From the human T2T-CHM13v2.0 reference genome, Homo sapiens: a DNA stretch of 64,000 nucleotides. The notes beneath the pieces are model-generated. The model saw nothing but the letters and a program-made list of their open reading frames with translations, did not search any database and had not been told where the DNA came from. Positions 11,731 through 26,097 of this stretch are shown here, in pieces. The translations under genes and the position numbers were made by a program. Each line of letters begins with the position of its first letter. Within the stretch, counting starts at the first letter, position 1. Location of the stretch: the NCBI RefSeq assembly GCF_009914755.1, contig NC_060942.1; one strand, written 5' to 3'.

Positions 11731-12029
11731 GGCTAGGTGTGGTGGCTTACGCCTATAGTCCCAGCACTTTGGGAGGATTGCTTGAGGCTAGTATGTTCAA
11801 GACCAGCCTGAGCAACATAAAAAGACCCCATTTCTACCAAAGAAAAAAATTTAGAACTACCCAGGCATGCCAGCACATGCCTGTAGTCCAGCCACTTGGG
11901 AGGCTGAGGTGGGAGGATCCATTGAGCCCAGGAGTTTGAGGCTGTGGTGAGCTATGGTTGCACCACTGCACTCTAGCCTAGGCCACAGACTGAAACCTTG
12001 TATCTTAAAAAAAAAAAAAAAAAAAAAAA
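11731..12029 (+). mobile_element. AluJ
   Basis: Diverged dimer with 'gggaggatccattgagcccaggagtttgaggctg' J-type right arm, poly(A). Confidence 0.9.
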
Positions 12030-12454
12030 GTTGCTAGAAACAAAAAAAAAGGAAGGGGTTGCAAGGAGGGTAGAGGCAGGATTATTGGTTTGAACATTTT
12101 TTATGTTTATTTACTACTTGTATTTTCCTTTGGAAAATTATAGTTTTAAGCTTTTACCTTTTTCTGTTGGAATTTTAGTGTTTTTCTTATTGCTGATTTG
12201 TTTGCACTCACCATTAAAGATGTTTATTTTATCACTATTTATTCAACAAATTGAATACTTAACTTTTGCCAAACCCATGTTGAATCTTGAGGATACAGCT
12301 ATGAGCAAGGCTGAAATGATCCCTACTTTTGTGGAATGTAAGGTCTAATGCAAAAGACACATTAGGTAATTATATGCTTAATTATGATGCTGATGAACGA
12401 TACAAAGAAATACAGGATGCAGTGAGAATATATAATAGGAAGACCTAGGCTGGC

Positions 12455-12660
12455 CAGAGTGGAGATTGGCAAACCCCATTGCACCACCTGTTTTTGTAAA
12501 GTTTTATTGGCACACGGCCATGCTCTTTCTTTTACATATTGTCTATGGCTGCTTTCCCGCTACATTGGCAGGGCTGAGTAGTTTCAATGAGACTATGTGA
12601 CCCGTAAACATAAAATATTTACTGTCTAGCCCTTTACACAAAAATTTGCTGATTTCTGGT
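12455..12660. mobile_element. MER58A-like hAT DNA transposon
   Basis: 'ctgtttttgtaaagttttattggcacacggccatgc...tattgtctatggctgctttc...aaaatatttactgtctagccctttac'. Confidence 0.8.
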
Positions 12661-12669
12661 CTAGCCAGT

Positions 12670-14100
12670 CAGGGCAGGGTTCTGTTGGACACTGACATTT
12701 AAAGGTGGATGTAAAGGTGAGTGTTTGGTAAACTAAGGGGTTCAGGGAGGGAGCCTTCTGGGTAAAGGCCCTGGGGTGGAAAGAAGCATGTGAGGTGGAA
12801 GCATGGACAGATACCACCAGTGCAGCTGGGGTGAGGCGAGCTTCACAGGCTGAAGCGGGGCTGCAGGGTTATATCAGACAGGGCCTTAGAGGCCATATTG
12901 TAGTTTAGTCTTCATCCTCAGAGTAGTGGGATGCAATCAAAGGGCTTTAGGCAGGGCATAGACAACCAGGTGACCAGATGTGCATTTGAAAACCAGTACA
13001 GTCAAGCACCATATAATGATGTTTCCATCAATGGTGGACTGCATACATGATGGTGGTCCCAAAAAATTATACCATATTTTTACTGTGCCTTTTCTATGTT
13101 TAGTTACATAAATACTTACCAGTGTGTTACAGTCGCCTGCAGTATTCAGTACAGTAGCATGCTGCACAGGTTTCTAGCCTAGGAGCAATAGGCTACATCG
13201 TATAGCTTAGGGGTATAGTAAGCGACACCATCTGGGTTTGTATAAGTACACTCTATGATGTTCAAACAACAATAAAATCACCTAACAACGCATTTTTCAG
13301 AATGTGTCTGTCATGAAGTGGCGCATGACCGCCCAGAGTGTATCACAGAGAATGGATCAGAAGAGGTGTGCATGGGCATTAGGAGACCTGTCATGAGGCT
13401 TCACAGCAGCCTGATGGGCCCCGTTGGTGATATGATGAGAGTGGCAGCAGTGGGAATAGAGAGACCTGGACAAACTCCAGACGTGTTTGGAAAGCCAGAA
13501 TGTATAGAATGAATGGGTAGGGGGTGGCTCCAAACAGCAGGGTGATAATAATGTCATTTACTGAGAGAAGGATCCCTAATACTGAAAGCTTTTGGAGAAG
13601 GTAAGTTTAATTTTGACATGTTGAGGATGGGGTATCTTTAAAGACATCTAAGTGGAAACATCAGGTAGGCAGTTGGAAGTCTCTGAATTGGGAGTAGTTA
13701 GCCTGATGGGACCAATGCCAGCATTCAGGTAGAGGAGGAGATTCAGGTAGAGGAGGAGCAACTGGCAGGAAGACAAGAAAGTGGTGAGAAGTGGATGGCA
13801 TGCCATCCTGGAAGGCAGGGGCTGAGGGTTCGAAGAAATGATCATGTGTGTTGAGAGCTGCTGGAAGGTCAGGTAAGGTGAGGGCCGACAGTTATCCTTT
13901 GGATTTAGTGAGCATGTGACTGACTATGTAGGTTGAGGACTGAATATAGATGGTGAAGAAGGGGAGCAACTTGGGGTAGACACTGTTTTGAGAAGAGCTG
14001 TGAAGGAGAAGAGAGTGTGAAAGCTGGAGGAGGATGTGAGGTGGAGGAAGGGTTTGCGATGGGAGAGTCTTTAGCTGATGGGAGGAGGAGGTATAGAGCC
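12670..14100 (-). mobile_element. L2 fragments, interrupted by Tigger3
   Basis: Purine-rich L2 antisense text, e.g. 'gacatctaagtggaaacatcaggtaggcagttgga'; ends approximate. Confidence 0.65.
12999..13331. mobile_element. Tigger3a (MER7A)-like DNA transposon
   Basis: TA-CAGTCA start, 'gcatgaccg' end, internal 'tagcctaggagcaataggctac'. Confidence 0.85.
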
Positions 14101-14114
14101 GTGATTCAACTTTC

Positions 14115-14310
14115 ACTGCACCTCAGAATCACCCCACCCCTCCCAGTGATCCAGCTGGTCTGGGATGGACTTTCCAGGGCTTCCCCGATGATTCTGAGGT
14201 GCAGCCAAGGTTGAGAACCAATGGTATAGAGCAGTGGTTCTCAGCTGTGATTCCCACTCCAGCAGCTTTCGTGTCACCTGGGAATGTGTCTGAAGTGCAG
14301 TCCTCAGGCA
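14115..14310. mobile_element. MER5-type hAT fragments, tail to head
   Basis: 'tgattctgaggtgcagccaaggttgagaaccaatg' followed by 'cagtggttctcag'. Confidence 0.65.
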
Positions 14311-15858
14311 TCGCCAGCTGATCCTAGTGCACGCTGATGCTTGCGCTGCTGCTGTAAAGAACTGTCCGGACACTGAGAAGTCAGAACCACGTAGAACCAC
14401 CTGGCAAAGTCTCCATTTGGACTTCCCGAGTGTCTTTCACTCCGACTTTTCCAGGCCTTGTGTATTTTAAACTGTATTTAAACTGTGTTTAAAACTGTAT
14501 TTTAAGTTGTACTCAATGCTCAAAAAGAGTTCATACCACCACATTCCATCTCAGTTAATATTAAATTTGGATAGTTGAGGAAAATGATGTTGCCCAGAGC
14601 CACGTGATCCAGGTCCTCACTCCAAACTCAATTCAAAAGTATGTTCTGGAAAGCTGGTAGGGAGCTAAGGTGGGATCTAACCTGTCTAACATCACTGCCT
14701 CCAAAACACTAAAACTATATTAATAGCAAGGAGAGTTTAGAAGTTATCAGTTACTCCAGGATACGCCCGGGAAAAGGAAACAAGATCAGCCAAATACTAG
14801 AAGCTGGAAAACAGATGGAAGAATGGGAACTGGCACAGCCAGAGAAAGCCAGGATGTGAGCGGCACTGGGGGAGGCTGTGGCTCTTCAGGTTTGTGAGGC
14901 AGAGAGAGTCCTCAGAGACCCAGGAATTGGTGTCCCCAGAACTGAAGGTGAAGGGGACCGTAGGGCTGAAATCAGTTTGATTGGGTAGAAAAGCAGAGAA
15001 GCAGTGAGACCCCTCGCTCTCCTTGTCTTCCACCCAGAGGCCTCACCCTCCTCAGCAGAGGTCTGGGAGTTCATTCCCTGGAGAGGGGAACAGAAATCTC
15101 TGGAGGAAAAGCTGCCAGGCCTGGTGGGGGTTATGGCTCCCACCCTATAAGTGACTGTGCACACTGCATGCTGAGGGTATAAAAACAGAAGTGAGGGGTG
15201 AAGGACCTCAGATGTACACAGAACACGGTCCTCAGGTGTACACAGAAGTGAGCACAGATGCCAGGAGAATAGGCACCTGTGGCCCGGTGGAAGGGGGTCA
15301 TTGAAGCAGAGACCCACGTGGGGATAGAGCCATTTTGGTTCTAGGGTGTGTTGCTGAGAGTGAGTGGTCCCAGTGGAGGGAAGATCTTTGGAGATGTGGA
15401 TGGGGGCCCAGGAATTGAGACAGCACAGTGTTGATGGACCACCCACCTGGCTCTGCAGATCACCCCAACAACTGCAGGATTGTGAAGAGGAAGATTGAGG
15501 CAGGTACCAAAGTAAGGAGCCTCCCTGGAGGGCGGTGCTGGCAATGCCGTGAGGGGCTTTGATTTTGAGTGGTGCTAGCCACAGCAGCGTTAGTCCCTCT
15601 TGCGCCTGGAAGGAAGGCGGATGTTTGGGCTGACAGGTCAGCTCCAGCCTGACAAGGTGTTGGCACATGGGCAGGTGTTGTTTTCTCCTTTAGTCACCAG
15701 GAGTTGGCAGGTGCAGCAGGCAGCTGTCAGCAAGGAAGAGCCTGTGCTTCAGCCCATGCCATGCTGCAGGGAGCGAGGCAAGCCCAGTGGGTCTAAACGC
15801 AGTGGTCTGAGGTAGATCGGGTGGGCTTTCACCTCCTTCTCAGAGCTGATGTAACTAG

Positions 15859-16194
<336 letters not shown>

Positions 16195-16792
16195 CCACCT
16201 GTGCTCTTAACCAAATATTTGTTATTTACCTTTTAAAACATTTATGAAAAATTTAAACCTCCAGGTGTTTAGAGTTTCTGTTCACTGGTTTTAAAATGTC
16301 ATTTTTAGAACAGGATGGCCTCATTGCCAAGCACTATAGGACTCCAAAGCTTCCATTTGAGGCTAAAGGTAGTTCTAGGTGAATCCACAGTGTGTGGATC
16401 TGGGTTAGACCTGTGCTCCCCATGCTGCGCTGTGTCTGGGACTGGTCTGCATCGGGAGGCTCTGGTGGCAGGCCTTGAGTAGTGGAACTCTCTAGGGTAT
16501 AAGGTGCTGGGAAATCCCAAAGAGGTGATTAGGGCCTCCTTGAGGCTTTAACAAGACAAACCTCACAGATTGCTCTTTTTTTCCTCCCTTCTCTCTCACT
16601 TAAGGAGAGATGATATTTGCAAGTCTCTTTCCAGGGACAGAAGTTGAAATACTGCAGAATTTTGTACCTTGTGTTAGTTTCCTGTCCTAAAATCATGTCT
16701 TTGAAAAAGTTTGATAACTGCATCTCCAGCTTCACAGGTTGGTGGATCTTCTGCTATTGGTTTTCATCGTGGTTTCCTCTTTTTCATTCCAG

Positions 16793-16902
16793 CTCTATTA
16801 CCAGGTTTTAAACTTCGCCATGATCGTGTCTTCTGCACTCATGATATGGAAAGGCTTGATCGTGCTCACAGGCAGTGAGAGCCCCATCGTGGTGGTGCTG
16901 AG
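16793..16902 (+). CDS. SEC11C: SEC11C coding exon 2 (N-terminal TM segment)
   Basis: ttttcattccag| [36 protein letters not shown] + AG |GTAGGT; 110 nt. Confidence 0.97.
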
Positions 16903-19815
16903 GTAGGTCCCCCAGGCTGGCCTCCAGCCTCCAACCTCCATCACAAGGCTGCCTTGGGCCTGAGGAGCGGGGCAGCCTTAAGTGAAAACCTGCGTGACAG
17001 CTAAAATTCAAGATTTTAATTGGATAAATTATTAGTCTTTATTGATATCTATTTTGAAAATGTTTCGTTTTTTTTCTGGCTTTTGAAAAATCTCATCTTT
17101 CTTAGTAGACATTTTAGAGCTTTAACCATGTTGATGCTCGTGTACCTAATCCATTTCAAATGACAATTTAATAATATGTGGTATTCCTGCATTATTTCTA
17201 TACAAATTGATTTTTAAACATAACTAAAAATGTTACTTCATTTTCTTTGTACCAAACAGGCAGAGAGAGCCTGTATCCCCAGTGCGTAGCATTGTGTCTA
17301 GTATTTTTTTCAAGCTTCTTCAGTAATACTCGTGTATTGATGGCTACTATCTTCTTGAGACTATGATGCTTATAAAAGTACAGCATGTTTATTTTAGAAA
17401 AGTTAACATTAGAGTTAACTTCACACAGCCATAAAGCCATCCAAGGGGAAAAACTTAACATCAATTTGAAATCAAATGGCCGTGTTTGGGAACTGATAGG
17501 TGCTTCAAGACGCTGTCGGTCCAGTGTGTCTTAGGTCATCAAATCTGTTGTTTTCAAGGTGGCATGGTAGGCTGTGGCAGTAACTCGGGCGGAGTCACAG
17601 CCTACCAGTGCAGGAGTTGAGGCTAGAACACAGGGCTCTTAGCTCCCAAACCAGTGCCCTTTCCCTCCACCAGGCGTTGCCACCACCTCGTGGGGCCATA
17701 GCCATGATCCATGCCTCACCAGGCCGCCCTCATGTGGTTGGCCAAGGGGCACACTTCTAGAGATCGCGTTTTCATGAATTTAGAAGCCTGAGGACAGCCT
17801 AGCTCACAGCAGAGCTGTGGGACCTCCGACCCACTCGTGTTCACACTGTGCTTTGGGGACGCCCCTGGGGTTGGGGTGGGTAGATTAGGAGTGGGGAGAA
17901 GGGAAGCACACTCATGGATTCAGGAAGCCTTAGCCTTGCTTCACATGCAACAGCACCACCTTCATGTCTTTTATGTGGTTATACTTCCTGGTAAGATTTC
18001 ATGTGAAGGAAGGATTTTAAGGCTTTTTTTTTTTTAAAGAAGAAGAAATTTAAAACCTCAAATTTAGATGGACCCTCTCCCTTAACAGATAAGAAACCTG
18101 AGGCCCAATGAGGCCAAGCCTCAAGCATCTCCCAGTAACTTTTGGCAGAGCCAACATTAGATCTGAGATTTCCTGGCCCTCCTCAAATCTCACAGACACA
18201 CTTGCACACAGAAGGTAGTGTGAAATTGCTGCACTTAGGGACTTTTTTTTTTTTAAAGCATCCTTTGTAATGTTAAAGCAATTTGGTTTGTCAACATAAA
18301 CCAATGACATCCCTAAGGGATGTGTGGTTTTTGGGGGAATCTGGCCCATGAGGAAAGCAAGTAGACATTGATATTAGTGAAACATTGAAAAGAACTCCTC
18401 TCCTGATAGGACATGATAATGACCCTTGATGTCCAACTTCAGGACACCTGTGGCCTCTGCAGTCTGTGCAGGGATCTTTTCCTAGCTGCAGTTCCCTTAA
18501 CCGTTACTTTTCTATCAACATCTTCCCACTGTATCTTCAGGAATTTTGTTGAAGGAGTAAGGATGAAGCCACAGATGAAATTATCTTAAGCATTTTAGCT
18601 TTTTTTTTTTTTTTAACACTGAAACAATTATGTTTTATTTCAGAGAAGACAAAATAGAATTTCATATTGTGGGGAGGAAAAACTCAATTGTTTTGACTGT
18701 GATGTTTTCTCTTAAGTCAGTTGTATTTCTAGCCCTTTTCCCCCATCATTCAGATTGGCTGATTTTGAATGCTTCATCCATGTCCATACTTAGTGGCACT
18801 GGTTTCACTTAAACGTAAACCTATCAGAAGGTACTTAGTGACAGGCTGCATTTCTCCCTGCCACCTTCTGCACCTGCTGAGATGTTCAAGGTGGGCCAGG
18901 CTGGAGGGGAAGGAGGGCCAGCTTCCCGAACTCCTGTTGGGAGGCATGGTTTTCTTTGTTTCCACTAGAGCACCACGGAGCTTCAGTGGTTCATTCTCCT
19001 CAGGTTCTTCCTGCTCAGCAGCCATTACTCATCCTTGGTTGCACAGCCCCCGTCAAGCTGTATTTCTAGGTCTTATTTTCTCACGTATTAAAACAAAGCA
19101 TGAGCAAATACATATAATGAATTTTTAAAATTTCAGCTTCCAGCATATCGCAATTTACTTTGAATCCGCCAAAGATTTTGGCACAGGTTTAAATCGGTAT
19201 CATGTGGAATTATTTATTGACTTCCACAATAACCCAGTCAATGTTTGTTAGAATTGGGCTTTTGTAGAATATGGTGGAAAAGATGCTGGTGCAGGAGGCA
19301 AAAGACTTGGGTTCCGGTTTTGTCCCAGCCCTCAGTTTGGCATCAGGGCGGGTCCTGCTCCCCAAGTGCATCCATGTGTTCCTCATTTCTTAAGTAAGTA
19401 TTGCAGTATCCTAAGTGCTGGAGGCCTGCTCTAAAGTGAAGGGATTGCCCTAGATGATTAACTAGCTGTCAGCCTGCAGTTCTGGAGGAAAACACTACTA
19501 TATTTGTAGATGCAGGACTTTTTTTAAAGCTAAAAATTGGTAGCTTTTACTTCAGAGTTGACAATTATCCTGGTTTCTTTTCTACCTGATACAAACTGCA
19601 GAGGGTCCTGTCAGTGCTCATGACATGTTAATCTCAGTAGAAGTCATTTCCTTTCGCACATGTTACCACCTTGAGCAGTTAAGAAGGAAGCCACATTGGC
19701 TCGTTTTATAGCTCCTGAGACCTACTTGACTATTGAGTTTCACCTCTGACATGTCTATTCTGATCGCCTTTTGGACACAGGGTAATGCTGATACTGACTT
19801 TGTGCTTCTTTCCAG

Positions 19816-19965
19816 TGGCAGTATGGAGCCGGCCTTTCACAGAGGAGACCTCCTGTTCCTCACAAATTTCCGGGAAGACCCAATCAGAGCTGGTGAAATA
19901 GTTGTTTTTAAAGTTGAAGGACGAGACATTCCAATAGTTCACAGAGTAATCAAAGTTCATGAAAA
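19816..19965 (+). CDS. SEC11C: SEC11C coding exon 3 (peptidase S26B catalytic Ser68 and His108)
   Basis: Branch point tactgac 19792-19798, ctttccag| (S)[15 protein letters not shown]...[12 protein letters not shown] + AA |GTAAAG; 150 nt. Confidence 0.98.
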
Positions 19966-20735
19966 GTAAAGAGGCTTTATTTCCTTTTGGTTTTGTTATG
20001 TAAATTTTTGGTAGATTCATGGCTAATTAGAAACTAGTAAAAGCACTGGATTATGTTCTGAGTTCTGCCATTGACTCACTGGGTGACTTTGGACCAAATG
20101 CTTAACTCTTTCTGTAGGATGGGAGTTGTAGTAGTTAAACCCATAGTAACTCACAAAGTGATTATGAGAATTAAATGAACTAATGTTTACTAAAGCAATT
20201 CATAAACTTAAATTGCTGCACAAATATAAGGTATGATGTATTATGACATGTTAGTTATTTGAAGGAGCTCAAAGAAAATCAAGTCACATTGCAACAGAGG
20301 ATGGTTTTGATATGAAAATTATTTTCTGAAATGCAAAAAAAGCTAGCTGTTTTTCTATGTTACTTGGGCCAAAGTGGCATTTTCAGCAGTAATATTAGTC
20401 CTGGATGGATAAAAATTCATTTTCCAACTCATCTCATGATTTGGCCGTTGCATATTCTGCATTACTTTTCCACCGCCCCATCCCCTACTCCCCAAACAGC
20501 CTTGCTGTTAATACCAGCTGTGACTTACTTATGAAGACCCTTTTCTGGAACCGGAAACATTTACTTCTTGCTCAAATATATAAAGTTGCCATGAGAGAGT
20601 ACTTCACATGATTAGTAAAAATGTTACATTTCATATACTTGGTTATTCATTTACCTTTATGCAGCTTAGTGTGGATTTTTATCTGTGTGAGTCATAGAAT
20701 TAAATTTAGGTATGCATAGGTATGTTTTTAAATAA

Positions 20736-21323
<588 letters not shown>

Positions 21324-22063
21324 TGATACTTATTCACTTCACATTACTCTAAACATGAGAACAATCCAGTTTCAACCTGTGGTGATACACTGGTCCTGTA
21401 CTAACGGTTACTTGATGCCTACCTGTTAGATTCCTGAGGAAGAAGCATCCTCAGTCATGATGTGACAGTACTCGCACTGACTTACAATTAATTTCTAAAG
21501 ATGATCAATTGTTCCAAGTTGAGGAAGTGTTGATTATTTGCTCTAATTTGCATGAATTATGAGAGACTGTCAGGATTTTTATCCCGATTTCCTTTATAAC
21601 CGTGGCTGCAAATCAGCTTGCTCTTTTTGATATGGTTTCAAATCTTTGGGGGCTTTTGGCATTTTATCTCATTATAATAGTGCATTCTTTTTTCATCTGT
21701 CTTACTGAAAGAAGACCCTCTTTACAGCTCCATAATACTACAATATTATGTTTCTAGAGTCAAGGCTATCTGAGTACCAGTTTAGAATGCTTAAAATGAG
21801 TCCCACATGTCTCTTTAACACACTGGTGTTATGCCATTTGTGATTCTTGTTTCCTTGCAAATTTGACTTTATACTACCGTGGTCAGTGGTGAAGGAAATA
21901 ATGCAGTAACAAATTCTGCATTTGGCAAGGAAAAGGAAATCTGAGGACAGCCTAGAGCACACTTGGATTTAAATTACTTTGTGCTCAAATCTGTGTGATC
22001 TAGGATCAAGTTTATGTCTAGAGTGAAGAGGAATAGCATCCATGTTAACAAATTGGTCTATGA

Positions 22064-22505
<442 letters not shown>

Positions 22506-22967
22506 TCAGCAGCGTTTTTGTGTGTTATGAATCTGGACTTGAAAGAATTGCACAGAGGTGATTCACATGATTTTGCCCACTGATGAATGACACTAATACA
22601 CTTGTTTACAGGTTAAAAAATGTCAGGTCCTAGTTTATTCGTCATTCCCAGAAGCCATGTGGTAAGAAGGAATTCTTCATTGTGTGCTGTGCTGGAAGCA
22701 AATTGTTGCCCTTGTGCTTGGTCATGCTTTTTGTTGTCAAGGATACTTGAGTGTTTTGGAATTTAAGTCTACAAAACTGTCATTAGATTTGTGCTTCAGT
22801 TGAATGGTTGTCTTAAGCAGTCATCTTAGACTAAAGGAAGGTCAGGTTATCTTTGACTGTTTTTCTAAATGCTCCTGTCTGACAGTAAAGTCTTGAGTAA
22901 ACTAATATTTTTGTTAATGATGCTGTGCTGAAAATAATTTTTGAGAAGACATTATTTTGCTTTCCAG

Positions 22968-23087
22968 AGATAATGGAGACATCAAATTTCTGACTAAAGG
23001 AGATAATAATGAAGTTGATGATAGAGGCTTGTACAAAGAAGGCCAGAACTGGCTGGAAAAGAAGGACGTGGTGGGAAGAGCAAGAGG
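22968..23087 (+). CDS. SEC11C: SEC11C coding exon 4 (TKGDNN motif, Asp128 and Asp134)
   Basis: tttccag| (K)[39 protein letters not shown] + GG |GTGAGG; 120 nt. Confidence 0.97.
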
Positions 23088-23328
23088 GTGAGGATTCACC
23101 TTTAAGTTATATAGAAGGTTATGAAAAACACTTAGAAATGAAGAAATTAAATCAATAGGCTAATGAGTCGTTAATTACAAATATGACATATCAGGAGAGT
23201 TTTAAGCAGTTCTAGTTTATCCTGTGAAGACTAAATACAACTTAGAAATTCCTAAAGACCTAAAATCTAAAACTGAACCCAATTATATTATCTATATGAT
23301 GGGTTCAAATCTGTTTCAAAATAAATCC

Positions 23329-23487
23329 AGCCAGGCGCAGTGGCTCACACCTGTAATCCCAGCACCTTTGGGAGGCTGAGGCAGGAGGATCACTTGAGCC
23401 CAGGAGTTCCAGACCAGCCTGAGTAACATAGGGATACCCCATCTCTATTAATAAAAATTTTAAAAAATTTGTTCTAAAAAAAGAAGA
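23329..23487 (+). mobile_element. FLAM / Alu left monomer
   Basis: Single left arm with A-rich tail; flanking ataaatcc repeat. Confidence 0.85.
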
Positions 23488-24887
23488 AATATAAATCCTC
23501 ACTGAGAGATTAGTTATTTGTGGATTTTAAATAACCATTACAAGAAAGTCTCCCAGAGATAACCACTGTTTAACATTTCAGGGAATGCTGTAGGTACTCT
23601 CTGGGCTGGTACAGATGTGTGTTATGCATATATATAATTTTACTTAGAATTTGATTATTTTTCACCCAACAGGAAGTTGGAAATAGCTTTTCGTGTCAAA
23701 TCTACATCTGTATCTTTTTAAGTGGCTACAAGCTGTTTTATTGCGAATAATTATTTATTTAACCAATCCCCTTTTGGTGGACACTTAGATTATTTCCTGT
23801 TTTTCGCAACTAAAAACATTTCTGTGATACATCTTTTAGTATTCATCTTTGTATAGTTGTCCAGCAATGAGTTCTGCTTCTGATTGACATAACAGAGAAT
23901 GTATCCTCATTAAAAACCAAACAAGGGAATTCTTCCCCTCTCTTGGCAACCCTTTTTATGTTTAACAGCCATTAGAAATGTTTTTTTATCTTACCTAAAT
24001 CTCACTAGCTTTTTAAGGCTGGAGAGACTGGCTCCCATTTTGTCAGGTTTAGCGTTATTAGTCAGATTGTGGCTTACAGCTTCTTCCTCCTCCTTTAACC
24101 ATTTTTCTTTGTTGCATTTTCACTTGAACATCTCCGGGGGGACCAGGAGGGCTTCCAGTTAGTCCATCCTGTCTTTCCAGACACTCTGGTGAAAGGCTTT
24201 GGATAAGAGAGAGGATGGAACTACTGATTTATAAAAGACTGGAGGGTACCTATGGGTGTGTTACCTTGTTTCCCATGAGCAGAGATGATTGAGACCTGGG
24301 TCCATCTGATTACATATTGCTGTTGATTTTGTGAGCATAATCGTTGGCTGGTTTATGCACTGAACCTCCTTGCTCTGGGATCATAATCATATTTGAGTAT
24401 AAGTTATGGTATTCACATTTGTATTTGCTACCCAATACATTTATTTGTTATATCTGACAAGCACTGGGAAATGAAAATAATTATTTGCATTACAAACTCA
24501 TTATTCATGTACTTTGAAAGCTTTATCTAACAGCAGTTTTTATATGGGCTATCTGAATCTTATCTTCTAAATAAAAACTAGATTTGTGAAAGTTGCCTAT
24601 TCTTTTTGTACAAGCGGCTTAACTATTTTAATTGTAGCAAGTGAAGACAACCAGCATCACTATCTCAACCCAAGTGCCTACTTAGAAAACTTGTCCTGGC
24701 TGCCAGTGCTGATGCTCCTTACTAATAAAGCTGTTTGAGACAGGGCTGAATACATCCTTACAGCCCTGGTCAGTGGCATTCCCTCGTACAATTCATTTCT
24801 TAAGACTGATCTATAGTGTTTTCAGATGTTGCCATCATCATGTTATAAGCAGCTTTTATATCTCTTGCTTTTTATCCCACAATTTAG

Positions 24888-24945
24888 GTTTTTACCATAT
24901 GTTGGTATGGTCACCATAATAATGAATGACTATCCAAAATTCAAG
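24888..24945 (+). CDS. SEC11C: SEC11C coding exon 5
   Basis: caatttag| (G)FLPYVGMVTIIMNDYPKFK |GTAGGA; 58 nt. Confidence 0.96.
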
Positions 24946-25265
24946 GTAGGAATTTATGTGTGTCTATATTTATTTACTTCGTTAAATATTGGAGCTTTTA
25001 CTTCTGCAACTGTAAACAGGCAGTCTTCTTAAAACATGTTGCCATTAATAGGCCTGCAGAATATCTGTAGTTAACTACAAATTAATGTAGTCATTTAAAG
25101 CAGCAACACTTAAATTATTTAAAATAGCTACTTTCCCCTTGTATGTTCAGTGTTCTAAAATGGCATTTATCTAATTGTTGCTTTTTATTATGGAAATTTT
25201 CATACACACACAAAAGTAGTACCATAAACCAGTAATGCTTACCTCTCAACTTCAACAAAAATGGT

Positions 25266-25348
25266 ATCTCTCTCTCTCTCTAAATATATACACATATATG
25301 TATATATATACACACACATATATGTATACATATGTGTATATATATATA
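25266..25348. repeat. Compound (TC)n/(TA,CA)n microsatellite at an Alu tail
   Basis: tctctctctc...atatatacacatatatgtatatatatacacacac directly adjoining the Alu 3' end. Confidence 0.85.
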
Positions 25349-25618
25349 TTTTTTGGACGGAATCTGGCTCTGTTGCTCAGGCTGGAGTGCAGTGGCACAA
25401 TTTCGGCTCACCACAACCTCCGCCTCCCAGGTTCAGGTGATTCTCCTGCCTCAGCCTCCCTAGTGGCTGGGATTACAGGTGCCCGCCACCACACCCAGCT
25501 CATTTCTGTATTTTTAGTAGAGACGGGGTTTTGCCATGTTGCACAGCCTGGTCTCGAACTCCTGACCTCAGGTGATCTGCCCGCCTTGGCTTCCCAAAGT
25601 GCTGGGATTACAGGCGTG
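25349..25618 (-). mobile_element. AluS (slightly 5'-truncated)
   Basis: Antisense dimer ending 'gggattacaggcgtg'. Confidence 0.92.
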
Positions 25619-25911
25619 TATCCATATTTTTTAAAAAAATCACTTGACAAACAATGGGAAACCTGCGTAGGAGTAAGCACTGCATTTGCTGTGTTTGTTC
25701 ATTTTCTGATCTTTAGTCCATCAGTATATTTTTGGGTTTTTGACCATAATGTAGCATTGAACAGCTCATTTAGAGAACAAGCCATGGGGGGAAGAGGTAA
25801 TCTTTTGATTCTGTCCTCAGCGCAGTATTTAACGGACTTCATCTGAATACATTTACAGACCAAATTTCTTTGTAGACCTCACAGTGATTTTCCATTGTGT
25901 TTTCTTTCCAG

Positions 25912-25965
25912 TATGCTCTTTTGGCTGTAATGGGTGCATATGTGTTACTAAAACGTGAATCCTAA
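25912..25965 (+). CDS. SEC11C: SEC11C coding exon 6 (C-terminus and TAA)
   Basis: ttctttccag| YALLAVMGAYVLLKRES*; six exons sum to 579 nt = 192 aa plus stop. Confidence 0.96.
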   Translation, partial: YALLAVMGAYVLLKRES

Positions 25966-26091
25966 AATGAGAAGCAGTTCCTGGGACCAGATTGAAATGA
26001 ATTCTGTTGAAAAAGAGAAAAACTAATATATTTGAGATGTTCCATTTTCTGTATAAAAGGGAACAGTGTGGAGATGTTTTTGTCTTGTCCA

Positions 26092-26097
26092 AATAAA
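26092..26097 (+). terminator. Polyadenylation signal of SEC11C
   Basis: AATAAA 127 nt after the stop codon, followed by a GT/T-rich element 'ggttttcttttgtgg'. Confidence 0.8.

Noticed and set aside
14118-14202. 14-bp perfect inverted repeat (gcacctcagaatca / tgattctgaggtgc) as a possible RNA hairpin gene
   Set aside because: Explained by the internal palindromic structure of MER5-type DNA transposons
14886-15668. Longest ORF in the track (260 aa, minus strand)
   Set aside because: Antisense within SEC11C intron 1, low-information S/L/P/C-rich composition, no recognisable domain; probably old repeat-derived sequence
19733-19969. 78-aa ORF suggesting a stand-alone short peptidase or an extended exon 3
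   Set aside because: It is exon 3 plus in-frame intron. The upstream AG at 19779-19780 would add 35 nt and shift the frame, and the branch point supports 19816.
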